A DNA stretch of 64,000 nucleotides from an uncultured Gemmatimonadales bacterium (GCA_963741945.1 CAVUKA010000001.1:736001-800000), one strand, 5' to 3'. Counted from the first letter of the stretch, positions 9,132 to 19,857 are shown. Notes: a model not told the origin generated them from the sequence alone. Numbers and translations: made by a program.

Positions 9132-12100
9132 ATGGCTGGAAAGACTTCTCTGCTCCGCCCCGCACGGGTCGGAGTGCTTCTTCTGACTACCCTGGCCCTG
9201 GCATGCCAGGACCGGGATCCGACCAGCCTGCTGGGACCCGACGGTCCGGCCATGCAGGTCGCCAGCGCACCGGTGGTGAACAGCGTCGCGGATCCCGGCG
9301 ATGGGACGTGCGATGACACCGAGTGCACGCTGCGGGAGGCGATCGCCTTCGCGTCCGCGGGCGCGGAGATCACGTTCGATCCCGCCCTGACGGACACGGG
9401 GTCGAAGATACTCGACCTGGACGTGGCTTCGGGCGCCCTGGCGATCGCCAAGAACCTCACCATCACCGGCCCGGGTTCGAACAAGGTGATCATCAGAGCG
9501 CCCGGCTCCCCGACATATGCCCAGGTGTTCAGCATAGGGGCGGGGACGGTTTGGATCTCGGGACTCGGCATCACCCACGGCTACCACGTTTATGGCGGCG
9601 GCGTCTTCGTCGGAACCGGGGCGACCCTCACGCTCGATCACTGCTCTGTCACCGGGAACACCGCCACCACTTCCGGGGGCGGGATCGAAAACCGGGGGAC
9701 GCTGACGGTCACGAACAGCGAGATTGCCGTCAATCAGGGTGGGAGCCTCGGTGCCGGTGGGATCAACAACCAGGCCGGAGCCGTCCTCACCGTCGCGAAC
9801 AGCACCATAGCAGGTAACCAGGCGTTGCTCGGTGCGGGGATCGAGAACAGAGGGACGCTCATCGTCACGAACAGCACGATCAGCGACAACACGGCGACCA
9901 CAACAGGCGCCGGGCTCTCCATCGATGCCGGCACGTTGACGATGGTGAACAGCACCGTGACCGGGAACCAGGCCGCGAGCTATGGTGGCGGGATCAAGAT
10001 CGCCTCGAGCGACGCGCGCATCATCCTCAGCACGATCACCGGGAACCGCGGGGGCAACTCCGCGGCGGTCGGGGGCGGGGGGATCTACTCCACCCAGAGC
10101 GGGTCGACGCAGACCTACGTGAAGGGCAGCATCATCTGGGGCAACACGCTCTCGGACGGCAGCACGGCGAACGACGTGGCGGCGAGCAGCTCCAGCGGCT
10201 TCTCGAGCCTGGGCTACAATCTCGTCGGAGCGGCCGGCGCCAACGTGAATTTCACGGCCAATTTCATCTCCACCGGAGACCAGACGGGGGTCGCCAGCGC
10301 CAGCCTGGGCGAGCTGACCGTGGACGGCGGATCGACGGCGACGTACGCGCTGCTCCCAGGCAGCCCGGCGCTCGACCAGATCCCCGCCGCCAGCTGCACG
10401 GACCACACGGGTGCGGCCGTCAGCACCGACCAGCGTGGGATCACGCGGCCGCAGGGCACCGCCTGCGACGTGGGGGCGTACGAGAAGGTGGTGATCATGG
10501 CCCAGGATCCCGGCGCGCCCGTGGTGAACACGCGCGCGGACCACTCCGACGGATCCTGCGACACGGGCGACTGCACGCTGCGCGAGGCGATCTCGTACGC
10601 CAGCAGCGGCGCCACCATCACGTTCGCCGTCACCGGTGACATCGATCTTGCGTCGACGCTGATCATCAACAAATCGCTGATCATCCGCGGACCCGGGGCC
10701 GAGAGCCTTTCTCTGCGGGGTCAGAATTCCTATCGAGTGTTCGAGATCTACAACTTTTCCGAGGCGATTGCCGTCGAGTTGCACGGGATGACTGTACGCG
10801 ACGGGCGTGCAACGAACGTTAGCGGTGGTGGAATGAACATCAGCTACGCCACCGCGCTCCTGGACAGCGTGGTCGTCAGAGACAACACCGTTACGGGTAC
10901 CGGCTCCCTCTTCGGGGCAGGCATCAACGTCTTCCAAGCGACCGTCACCGTGCGGAACAGCACGATCACGGGCAACTCGTTTTCCGGAGATGCCGGGATG
11001 CAGGATGGCGGTGGGATCGCCTTCGGCGTTGGGGCCTTGACGGTGGAGAACAGCGCCATCAGCGGGAACAGTGCGCATGGCGGAGGCGGAATCCGCGTCT
11101 TGAATGGCGTGGCGACGGTGCGGAATTCCACCGTGAGCGGGAACAGCGGCTCGTGGCTCGGTGGTGGAGTTTACATCTCAGACGGGACGCTGAACGTAGA
11201 ATTCAGCACGGTGGCGGGGAATTCCGGGTACACGGGGGGTGGCGTATACGCTGAAGGGGGCGCGACCGTGCTCTCGGCGGCCCTCCTGGCGGACAATACC
11301 TGCGTTACTTCGGGTTTGAATGCGAAACCAGACCTTGGGGATCCCAGTGGGCGCGTCACGGCTACCTACACGTTGATCGAGAGCGCGTCGGGTCATTCGT
11401 TCACCGACGGCGCCAACGGGAACATCGTCGGCGTTGACCCGGGGCTCGGGCCGTTGGCCGACAACGGCGGCTTCACGTGGACCCACGCCCTCGCCACGGA
11501 GAGCGCGGCGATCGACCAGATACCCTCTGGCACCATCGGCTGTGGTAGCACCGTCGACACCGACCAGCGCGGCGTGAGCCGGCCACAGGGTGATGCGTGC
11601 GACATCGGCGCGTACGAGACGGTGGGCCTCCCCACACCGGACTTCACCTTCAATCTCTCGACGCTGCCAGCGAAGACGTACGGCGACGCGGCGTTCAGCG
11701 TGGCGGACTACGCGAGCAGCACCAACAGCGGCGGTGCCATCACGTTCGCGCTGGGCGAGGGCAGCGCCGGTTGCTCGGTGACCTCCGCGGGCGAGGTGAC
11801 GATCAACGGGGCGGCCGTGGATCCGGCATCCTGTGTGATCGCAGCGTCGCTGGCGGCGGATGCGACCTACGCGGCCGCGGGGCCGCTCTCGCAGAGCTTC
11901 AACATCGCGAAAGCGTCCACCACGGTCAGCATCAACAACGTGCCATCGAGCGCCACGGTCGGCGAGACCTTCACGCCGACGTACACGTCTCCGAGTGACG
12001 GGACGAAGTCCACGACCTCGAGCACGACCGGCGTCTGCACCGTGAGCGGCGGTGTCGTTAGCTACATCGCCGCCGGCACGTGCACTCTGGTGGCGCACGT

Positions 12101-14356
12101 GGCCGCAGGAACGAACTGGCTCGCGGCCGACGGCGCGCCGCAGGGCTTCACGGTGTCGCCGCCGACGCCGATCACGCCGAACTTCACCTTCGTCCTCCCC
12201 GCTCTGTCGAATACATACGGGGACGGGCCGTTCAGCGTGGCGAGCTACGCGAACAGCACCAATAGCAATGGCGCTATCACGTTCGCCGTGGGCAACAGCA
12301 GCGCCGGTTGCTCGGTGACCTCCGCGGGCCAGGTGACGATCACCGGCGCGGCAGTCGGCGACGCGTACTGCATGATCGAAGCGTCGCTGGCGGCGGCCGG
12401 CGTCTACACCGCCGCGGGTCCGCTCTCGCAGAGCTTCCAGATCGCGAAGGCGGCGCCCGTGCAGGTCGTGATCCAAGTACTGCCGTTGGGTGCTCAGGTC
12501 GGCGGCGGGTTCCCGGCGACGGTCGAGACGGACGGAGACGGGGCGACATCGGTGACGTCGAGCACTCTGACCGTCTGCACGGCGAGCGGCGTTGATGTGA
12601 GCTACATCGCCGCCGGGACCTGCACCCTCGTGGCGCACGTGGCGGAGGGCCCCAACTTCACCTCGGCCGACGGCGGTCCCCAGAGCTTCGTGGTGTCCCC
12701 GGCCGCGCCGATCGCCCCGAACTTCACCTTCAACCTCTCGACGCTGCCGGCGAAGACGTACGGTGACGCGGCGTTCAGTGTGGCGGGCTTCGCGAGCAGC
12801 ACCAACAGTACCGGGGCGATCACGTTCGCGCTGGGCGCGAGCAGCGCCGGTTGCTCGGTGACCTCCGCGGGCGAGGTGACGATCACCGGGGCGGCGGTGG
12901 ATCCCGCATCCTGTGTGATCACAGCGTCGCTGGCGGCGGATGGGACCTACGCGGCCGCGGGGCCGCTCACGCAGAGCTTCAACATCACGAAGGCGTCCAC
13001 CACGGTCAGCATCAACAACGTGCCATCGAGCGCCACGGTCGGCGAGACCTTCACGCCGACGTACACGTCTCCGAGTGACGGGACGAAGTCCACGACCTCG
13101 AGCACGACCGGCGTCTGCACCGTGAGCGGCGGTGTCGTTAGCTACATCGCCGCCGGCACGTGCACTCTGGTGGCGCACGTGGCCGCAGGAACGAACTGGC
13201 TCGCGGCCGACGGCGCGCCGCAGGGCTTCACGGTGTCGCCGCCGACGCCGATCACGCCGAACTTCACCTTCGTCCTCCCCGCTCTGTCGAATACATACGG
13301 GGACGGGCCGTTCAGCGTGGCGAGCTACGCGAACAGCACCAATAGCAATGGCGCTATCACGTTCGCCGTGGGCAACAGCAGCGCCGGTTGCTCGGTGACC
13401 TCCGCGGGCCAGGTGACGATCACCGGCGCGGCAGTCGGCGACGCGTACTGCATGATCGAAGCGTCGCTGGCGGCGGCCGGCGTCTACACCGCCGCGGGTC
13501 CGCTCTCGCAGAGCTTCCAGATCGCGAAGGCGGCGCTAACGGTGACCGCCAACGACGCGACCATCACCTACCTCGACGCTACCCCGACGTTCAGCGTGGG
13601 CTACAGCGGCTTCGTGATCCCGGAGGCGCAGGTTCGCTGAGCGGCACCCTGGCGTACGAGTTCACCGGGACCGGCACGACGAGCTACGGCTCCTCGACGA
13701 CGCCGCCCACGAACGCGGGCACGTACTCCATCACGCCGAGCGGCCTCACCTCGGCCAACTACAGCTTCAGCTACGTGGCCGGGACGTACACCATCAACCA
13801 GGGCACGCCCGACCTGGCCGTATTGAACTGGCCCGCTAGCGGCACGGTGGGTGGCCAGTTCCTGCCCACCGTCGAGGCAGACGGCGACGGAGCGACCTCG
13901 GTGACCTCGACCACCGAGACCATCTGCAGCGTGAACACGTCCACCGGCTACGTCAGCTTCGTCGCCGCCGGGACCTGCACGCTCACGGCGCATGTGGCGG
14001 AGGGCACGAACTACCTGGCGGCGGACGGTAATCCGTACAGCTTCCAGATCGTCGAGGCGCCGGTCACCGAGTTCTCCAGCAGCTGCACGTACAGGATCCA
14101 GCCGCGCAGCAACATGCTGCAGGTCAAGATCGCGTGGGAGAACGCGGATCCCGGCGTGACCATGATCGAGCTCGATAACGGCCTGGATGTCACCAAGGAG
14201 ATCACGCCGACCGTTACCGGCACCTTAGGGGTGAACCTGAAGGGCGAGAGCGGGAACGTGTCATACCGGCTGTGGGGTGGGGAGACGAAGAAGTCCGAGC
14301 CCACGCCGCTCATGGAGCTGACGGCCTGCACGGCGGAGGAGCCTCCGGTCGACTGA
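9132..14356 (+). CDS. giant surface lipoprotein: two CSLREA/beta-helix/choice-of-anchor-Q modules, Ig-like repeats, MBG domain (frameshift near 13625)
   Basis: Lipobox LALAC; CTLREAI twice; DQRGxxRPQGxACDxGAYE twice; repeated ~90-aa Ig-like units. Frame stops at 13640 but the MBG sequence (SLSGTLAY...AGTYSITPSGLTSANY) continues in another frame to 14356. Confidence 0.8.
11639..13536 (+). repeat. intragenic tandem modules, 540-bp period with 1080-bp higher-order duplication
   Basis: 11913-12456 identical to 12993-13536 (544 bp, line-by-line comparison); 11639-11912 nearly identical to 12719-12992. Confidence 0.95.
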
Positions 14357-14366
14357 CCCGTTCACC

Positions 14367-14400
14367 CTCATGGCGGGCCGGTGACCCGGCCCGCCATGAG
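14367..14400. terminator. perfect 15-bp stem hairpin after the surface protein gene
   Basis: CTCATGGCGGGCCGG-TGAC-CCGGCCCGCCATGAG; no clear U tract. Confidence 0.6.
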
Positions 14401-14558
14401 GCCCGGCCGCACTTTGCATCGACCCGTTCTCGTGGCGGGATCGGGGGGGCGTGCGCCCCGATCCCGTTGCTTTCATCCCCCGCCGACGGTAACGTGACGA
14501 CAGACCCGCGCGGCACCCCCTGGCCTGAAGCCGCGCGGTCGTACCGGGGCACGATACC

Positions 14559-17498
14559 GTGCTACACCTGCGCACGCTCGGCGTGCTGGACTTCCGCAAG
14601 TCGGCCGGGTCCAGTGTCGGGATGCTCCTCGCTCAGCCGAGGAGCATGGCCCTTCTCATCTATCTCCTCGTGGCACGTCCCCGCGGATACGTCCGTCGCG
14701 ACACGCTCTGCGCCATGTTCTGGCCGGACGCCGACGACGAGCACGCGCGCAGCGCGCTCAGCCAGGCGCTCACCCGGCTGCGCCGGGCTGCGGGCACGGC
14801 GATCGTGGAGACCAGGGGCAAGGACGAGGTAGGGGTGCCCCCGGACACCGTCGCTTGCGATGTCCTGGATTTCGACGCGGCCCTCACTGCTGGCGACTAC
14901 GCCACGGCCCTCGATCTCTACAAGGGTCCGTTCCTTTCCGGGTTCCACGCGAGCGGCGCGGACGGGTTCGAGGCGTGGGCGGCCACGGAGCGAGACCGCC
15001 TCCGCTCCGCGGCCGCGGGTGCCGCACGGCGGCTTGCGCACGCACAGCTGGAGGAAGGCCGGCCGAGAGAGGCGGCGCAGACGGCCGGGCGCGCGCTGAG
15101 CCTGGCGCCCGAGAGCGAGGCCGTGGCGGGTGAGCTGGTGCGCGCCGTCGCGGCCGCCGGAGACCGGGTGGGCGCCCTCGCGGTGTACGAGGCCTGGGTC
15201 CGAGAGCTGGCTCGCGAGCTGGACATGGAGCCGTCGCCCGAGTTCGTGGCGCTGGTGAGCACGCTCCGGGATGCACCGGGCGACCCGCCGAGAGACGGCC
15301 CGCCGGATCGTGTGCCGCCGCTCGGGGAAACCGACGCCGGACACCACCGGCCCCAGGCCACCGTCGCCGCGCCGGCCGCGCCCGCACCAGATCCAGGGGC
15401 CGGGTCGGCCGCCGCGAGCCCACCGCCTCGGCTCCCGGACCGGGGCCGCACCTTCCGCTTCCGTGATCGTCTCGTCATCGGCGGCGTGGCCACCGCCATC
15501 CTTCTCCTGGTCGGCTGGGGCGTGCTCCGCGCCAGCCTCCTGTCGTCCGGCATCACGGTGGAAGCGAACGGCCGGGCCGCATCGCCCCTGGCCCGCGGCG
15601 ACTGGCTGCTGGTGGCGGACTTCGACATGCCGGGCGCGGACACGGCGCTGGCGCTCGCGTTCCAGACGCTGCTGATCCAGGACCTGAGCTCGGCGGGGTA
15701 CGCGAGCGTGGTGGGCGGGCTCGGCGCATTCACGCGGAGCGCGCTGCAGACGGTGCTCGAGCGCATGCGGCTCGCACCGGACACCCGCATCGACGCGCCG
15801 CTGGCGTGCCAGATCGCCGAGCGGGAGGGCGCCGCCGGCGTCCTGGCCGGGCGGGTCCTGCCGGTGGGCAGGGACTACGTGCTCTCCGCTTCGGTGCTGA
15901 CGGGTCCGGAGTGCCAGGAGCGGATCCACGCGAGCACGGTGGCGTCGTTCGACGATCTTTCGCGGGCGGTTACGGCGCTGTCGCGGGAGATGCGGGAGCG
16001 GCTGGGCGAGTCGCGGTCGAGCATCCGGAGCAGCCCGCCTCTACCCCCGACCACGAGCGCGCGCGTCGAAGCGCTGCGGGCGGCCGGCCGCTACATCTCC
16101 GACGCCCGGTACTGGCGCGACGCCGAGCATGGCGACGAGCCGCTGCTGGAAGCGATCCGGATCGAGCCGGACTTCGCCTTCGCCCATTTCATGCTGGCCA
16201 TCCACTACCAGCGGCTGGGCCGCTTCGACCGGGTCATGCCGCACATGCTGCGGGCGTACGCGCTGCGGGAAGAGCTGCCGCGGGTCGGCCGCCGCGGGAT
16301 GGAAGCGCTCTACGACCGCTACGTCGCCTCGGATCTGGACGCCGCGGAGACGGCGGCGAAGGACGCGCTGGCCGCGGACCCGATGTCCGCTGACGCCTCC
16401 ATACCGTTCCTCGAGGACATCGCGCTCTGGCGAGGCGACTGGCAACGGGCGCTGGACCTCTCGCTCCAGCACCTCCGGACCAGCCCCAGCGGGATCGGCG
16501 CGGATCTGTCCCTGGCGCGCGGCGGCATGGCCGCGGCGGCGCTGGGCCGCACCGCCCTCGCCGACAGCCTGTTCCGCGTCCGCACCATGGTAGGCCGCCG
16601 CGCCGGGATCGAGCTCGACCCGGCCACCGAACTCCTCCACCACCTCCTGCGCCGCGACTGGCAGCGCGCCGCGGCCTACTGCGCGACGACCGCGACGAAC
16701 GATGCCTGTCCCTACGTCGATCTGGCCCGCGGGAAGCTCGCGGCCGCCGCGCGGGGGCTGCAGCAGGTCCTCGCGGACACCGGCCGCACGCACCCGTGGG
16801 ATCGCGCCGTCGCCGTGGCGGGGCTCGCCCACATCGCAGAGCTGACGGGGCAGCCCGAGCGCGTGGCGGGCCTCCTGCAGCGCGCCCGGGTCGCCCTCCC
16901 CGACACGGGCATCGCGCGGGCGCCCATGCACCTGAGCCGCTTCCTGGTGTGCGCGGCCGCCGCCGAGCTCGGCCGCAGTGACGGAGTGCCGGCGTGCGCG
17001 GTGGAGGGAGAGGACACGGGGCGCTGGGACGCGGACCCGTCATTCACGGTCCTGCTCCGCAGCGGTGCGTGGAGCCGCCGCCTCCTGGCCGTGCGCGCCC
17101 TCGAGCGGGGCGACGCGGCGAGTGCCCTCCTCCGGGACGACGACGCCATCCGCAGCAACTTCGGCAACCACGTCCTGGCGGATCACCTCATCCGCGCCCT
17201 TTCCTTCGACGCCCTCCAGCGCCCCGACTCCGCCCTCTCGCAGTACATCGAGGCGACGCGAATCGAGCGCGACGGCGCTTTCCCCACCGCCGGGGGCATC
17301 CTCTTCCCTCTCGCCCCCGTCTACCGCCGGATCGGCGAGCTGGCGGAGGACGCCGGGGACGCGCCCACGGCGGTCCGCTACTACGACGCGTTCACGGAGC
17401 TCTGGGCGGAGGCGGACCCCGTGCTGCAGCCGCAGGTCCGCTCGGTTGCGCAGCGCGCGGCCAGCCTGATGGACCGGCGGATCGGCCTGTCGCCCTGA
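14559..17498 (+). CDS. SARP/BTAD transcriptional activator with TM helix and C-terminal TPR-like extracytoplasmic region
   Basis: LRTLG...RDTLCAMFWPD...ARSALSQALTRLRR, LYKGPFLSGF...FEAWAATER, RELDMEPSPE; TM LVIGGVATAILLLVGWGVL; helical repeats ending FTELWAEADP. Confidence 0.85.
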   Translation: MLHLRTLGVLDFRKSAGSSVGMLLAQPRSMALLIYLLVARPRGYVRRDTLCAMFWPDADDEHARSALSQALTRLRRAAGTAIVETRGKDEVGVPPDTVACDVLDFDAALTAGDYATALDLYKGPFLSGFHASGADGFEAWAATERDRLRSAAAGAARRLAHAQLEEGRPREAAQTAGRALSLAPESEAVAGELVRAVAAAGDRVGALAVYEAWVRELARELDMEPSPEFVALVSTLRDAPGDPPRDGPPDRVPPLGETDAGHHRPQATVAAPAAPAPDPGAGSAAASPPPRLPDRGRTFRFRDRLVIGGVATAILLLVGWGVLRASLLSSGITVEANGRAASPLARGDWLLVADFDMPGADTALALAFQTLLIQDLSSAGYASVVGGLGAFTRSALQTVLERMRLAPDTRIDAPLACQIAEREGAAGVLAGRVLPVGRDYVLSASVLTGPECQERIHASTVASFDDLSRAVTALSREMRERLGESRSSIRSSPPLPPTTSARVEALRAAGRYISDARYWRDAEHGDEPLLEAIRIEPDFAFAHFMLAIHYQRLGRFDRVMPHMLRAYALREELPRVGRRGMEALYDRYVASDLDAAETAAKDALAADPMSADASIPFLEDIALWRGDWQRALDLSLQHLRTSPSGIGADLSLARGGMAAAALGRTALADSLFRVRTMVGRRAGIELDPATELLHHLLRRDWQRAAAYCATTATNDACPYVDLARGKLAAAARGLQQVLADTGRTHPWDRAVAVAGLAHIAELTGQPERVAGLLQRARVALPDTGIARAPMHLSRFLVCAAAAELGRSDGVPACAVEGEDTGRWDADPSFTVLLRSGAWSRRLLAVRALERGDAASALLRDDDAIRSNFGNHVLADHLIRALSFDALQRPDSALSQYIEATRIERDGAFPTAGGILFPLAPVYRRIGELAEDAGDAPTAVRYYDAFTELWAEADPVLQPQVRSVAQRAASLMDRRIGLSP

Positions 17499-17537
17499 TC
17501 CCGCCCGTTCGCCGCGCGCGCGGCCGGCGATCCCCGG

Positions 17538-17566
17538 TTGACCCGACGGCCACCCGAATCGAGATT
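17538..17566 (+). promoter_or_regulatory. sigma70-like promoter of tRNA-Thr
   Basis: TTGACC-N17-GAGATT ending 10 nt before the tRNA. Confidence 0.55.
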
Positions 17567-17576
17567 CCTCCCCGTC

Positions 17577-17649
17577 GCCGGGTTAGCTCAGTTGGCAGAG
17601 CAGCTGATTTGTAATCAGCAGGTCGGGGGTTCGAGTCCCCCACCCGGCT
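17577..17649 (+). tRNA. tRNA-Thr(TGT)
   Basis: Acceptor GCCGGGT/ACCCGGC, D-arm TAGCTCAGTTGGCAGAGC, anticodon arm GCTGA-TTTGTAA-TCAGC, T-loop GGTTCGAGTCC; CCA not encoded. Confidence 0.97.
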
Positions 17650-17656
17650 TGCGGCC

Positions 17657-18511
17657 TTACTCGACCCGGATCTGGCGCACCATGCCATGCATGACGTGCG
17701 GCTTGCCGTCCTTCGCGTCAGGGAAGAAGCAGAGCAGGCCGTAGTCGCCCGGCTCCAGGTCGACCTCGAGCAGGTTCGCCTCGCCCGGGCCGAGCGGGGC
17801 GACGCCGGTGATCACCGTGCCGGGGGCGGGTCCCTGCCGCCCACCCATCTCCCAGGCGACGACGTCGGCGGCCACTTTCCCTTCGTTCAGCTTGACCAGC
17901 ACCACTTCGTGTGGCTGGGCCGCGGCGTTCGTCACGCGGACGATGTGGTGCCCGGCAGTGAGCGGGTGGTCGAGGTCGTAGCCGTAGTCCTTGAGCGTCA
18001 TGGTCGCGTCCGCTTCCGGGAGCGGCGCCGTTGCAGCGGACGTCCCGGCCGTCACGGTGAGCGGGCGCACCATCCCATGGGCGACGTGCGGCTTCCCGTC
18101 GACGGCCGACGGGATCATGCAGAGAACGGCGTACTGCCCCGCCTTCAGGTCCATGTAGTCCACCACGGGCCGGTCGGGCGCGCCGGGCGTGTTGGGCCCG
18201 CCGACGATCTCGGCCCAGGACGGGGGCGCTCCCGCGGCCTGCATCGCCTGCATGAACTCGTCGTAGCTGTGGCCGTCAGCGATCCTCAGGAAAATGGCGT
18301 GGTGGAACTCCGGTCCCTGATTGACGAGCCGGACCCGCGTGGGGCCGGCGGGCACGGACTCGGGCATGTCATAGGCGAAGTCGCGCGCCGTGATGGTGAG
18401 CTCGTGGAGCACGGCTGCGGGCGACGCCGCCGCCTGGGCGTTCAGGGTTCCGGCGACGAGCAGGAGTCCGACGGCGAGTGCGGCGCCGAACCGATGGGCG
18501 AGGGGCTTCAT
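17657..18511 (-). CDS. secreted tandem cupredoxin-like protein
   Basis: Signal peptide; two H...C-x-x-P-x6-PH-x3-GM motifs (LCMIPSAVDGKPHVAHGM, LCFFPDAKDGKPHVMHGM). Confidence 0.75.
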   Translation of the reverse strand: MKPLAHRFGAALAVGLLLVAGTLNAQAAASPAAVLHELTITARDFAYDMPESVPAGPTRVRLVNQGPEFHHAIFLRIADGHSYDEFMQAMQAAGAPPSWAEIVGGPNTPGAPDRPVVDYMDLKAGQYAVLCMIPSAVDGKPHVAHGMVRPLTVTAGTSAATAPLPEADATMTLKDYGYDLDHPLTAGHHIVRVTNAAAQPHEVVLVKLNEGKVAADVVAWEMGGRQGPAPGTVITGVAPLGPGEANLLEVDLEPGDYGLLCFFPDAKDGKPHVMHGMVRQIRVE

Positions 18512-18676
18512 GCCAACCTCCGGGAGAGTCTCGGGTCCGCCCGCGCGCCAGGAGCGGGCGCGGGCGCTTCGCGCGGCGTAGGGGCACAAGGAAAGCGCGC
18601 GCGGAACGGAGCCGGGCCGGGCCAGGCTGCGAGGTTCCCGTGCGCGCCGTCGGCTCCGCCGCAAGCCGACGCGTGA

Positions 18677-18705
18677 ACCATGCAGCCGCGATCTCGCGGA
18701 GTCAA
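18677..18705 (-). promoter_or_regulatory. sigma70-like promoter with palindromic spacer upstream of cupredoxin gene
   Basis: TTGACT-N17-CATGGT on minus strand; CCGCGA-N2-TCGCGG at 18686-18699. Confidence 0.45.
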
Positions 18706-18733
18706 GGATCCCGGCGCGGTAACGCCGTGAGCT

Positions 18734-19838
18734 GCAGGGCCAGGCTCCAAAATCCACATTCTGGCTGGTTCGATGCGTTCCACCTTCATTCCGCGAAAGG
18801 CCTCTTCCCGCTCCGGAAGATATTCGAAACACATTGCGGGCTGATGTGCAGGTAGTGCGCGATCGCACGACCGGTGTATCCCGCGTCGCCCATCCGCTGG
18901 ACGACTGCCCGGCGGGCGCGAACCACCGGGCGCGCTTTGGACGCGGACCTGAGCTGCTCGACGGAAACGCGAGGAGAAAGTTGTGCCAGCGTCCGGTTCG
19001 CGATCTCGGTGAGGTCCTGGCGGGGAGCATTTCCGCCCCGAGACGCGTTAGCCCTGGGACAACCAAACAGCGGAACGAACGTCCTGGACCAGTAAGCGTC
19101 GCCGGCGAGCACCCGCGGGCGTTCTTCCAGGCAATACCCATCTGGGTCCATGTCCTCGCCCTTGGCATCAGAAGCGTCCGCTCGGTCCTTTTCAATCTGC
19201 CACGCCACCCAGCGGCTGTACGTCTTCCGCATCTGCTCGATCGCGAGCCCTTCCTTTTCCGCGAAGAGCATGAGCCCGATCTCGGGCCGACATACGCGGG
19301 CGATGGAAAGGGGCCAAGCTTTGCCTTTCGTGTACATGGCGTGGGAAGTCCAGCGATAGAGCTCGGGTTCGCCGACAAGACCCGCGCGTACTGGATTGAG
19401 GTTCGTATACACGATGGCGGTGCGGATGTAATCGGGGTCCTGGCAGTGCCGGTCCCGATACCGCCGCTCGAACACATGACCCTCGACCCGATGCACGCGC
19501 TGCACGAGCTTCGCCACGCGCGTCAACAGAGGCTGCATTAGGCGGTCGTGAGGCAGCTCGCGCTGTCGCAGGACCAGGTGCAGGTGGTTCGGCATGATCG
19601 CCCACGCGAGGAGCTGGGCATCGCCATGTTCCAGTGCCTCCGCGATATAGCCGGCGATGGCGGACCGAAGCGGAGGTGTGAAGAAGGCCCTATGGCCCTG
19701 GGTCCGGGTGGTCAGGTGGAATACCGCCCCGGGCATGTACGATCGGTGCGCGCGTGGCATGCGGGCAGGAATAGGCGACGACCTGGGGCATCACCATAGC
19801 GGAAGTGGCCACATGTGGATTGTGGAGCCTGGCCCTGC
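18734..19838. mobile_element. HUH transposase unit bounded by 26-bp inverted repeats
   Basis: 18734-18759 GCAGGGCCAGGCTCCAAAATCCACAT and 19813-19838 reverse complement with 1 mismatch; interior looks less GC-rich. Confidence 0.7.
18786..19760 (-). CDS. Y1 HUH (RAYT/IS200-like) transposase with C-terminal DnaA-like HTH
   Basis: MPR...PGAVFHLTTR, IMPNHLHL (HUH), GHVFERRY, YTNLNPVRAGLV...YRWTS; C-terminal VVRARR...IAHYLHISPQCVS. Confidence 0.85.
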   Translation of the reverse strand: MPRAHRSYMPGAVFHLTTRTQGHRAFFTPPLRSAIAGYIAEALEHGDAQLLAWAIMPNHLHLVLRQRELPHDRLMQPLLTRVAKLVQRVHRVEGHVFERRYRDRHCQDPDYIRTAIVYTNLNPVRAGLVGEPELYRWTSHAMYTKGKAWPLSIARVCRPEIGLMLFAEKEGLAIEQMRKTYSRWVAWQIEKDRADASDAKGEDMDPDGYCLEERPRVLAGDAYWSRTFVPLFGCPRANASRGGNAPRQDLTEIANRTLAQLSPRVSVEQLRSASKARPVVRARRAVVQRMGDAGYTGRAIAHYLHISPQCVSNIFRSGKRPFAE

Positions 19839-19857
19839 CGTTGCTACTCAGCCGTTG

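Noticed and set aside
17657-19477. 606-aa ORF joining the transposase region to the cupredoxin
   Set aside because: The N-terminal part is an off-frame overlap of the transposase; the real start with RBS and signal peptide is at 18511
17577-19840. Integrative island at tRNA-Thr
   Set aside because: No integrase and no duplicated tRNA 3' end found in the window
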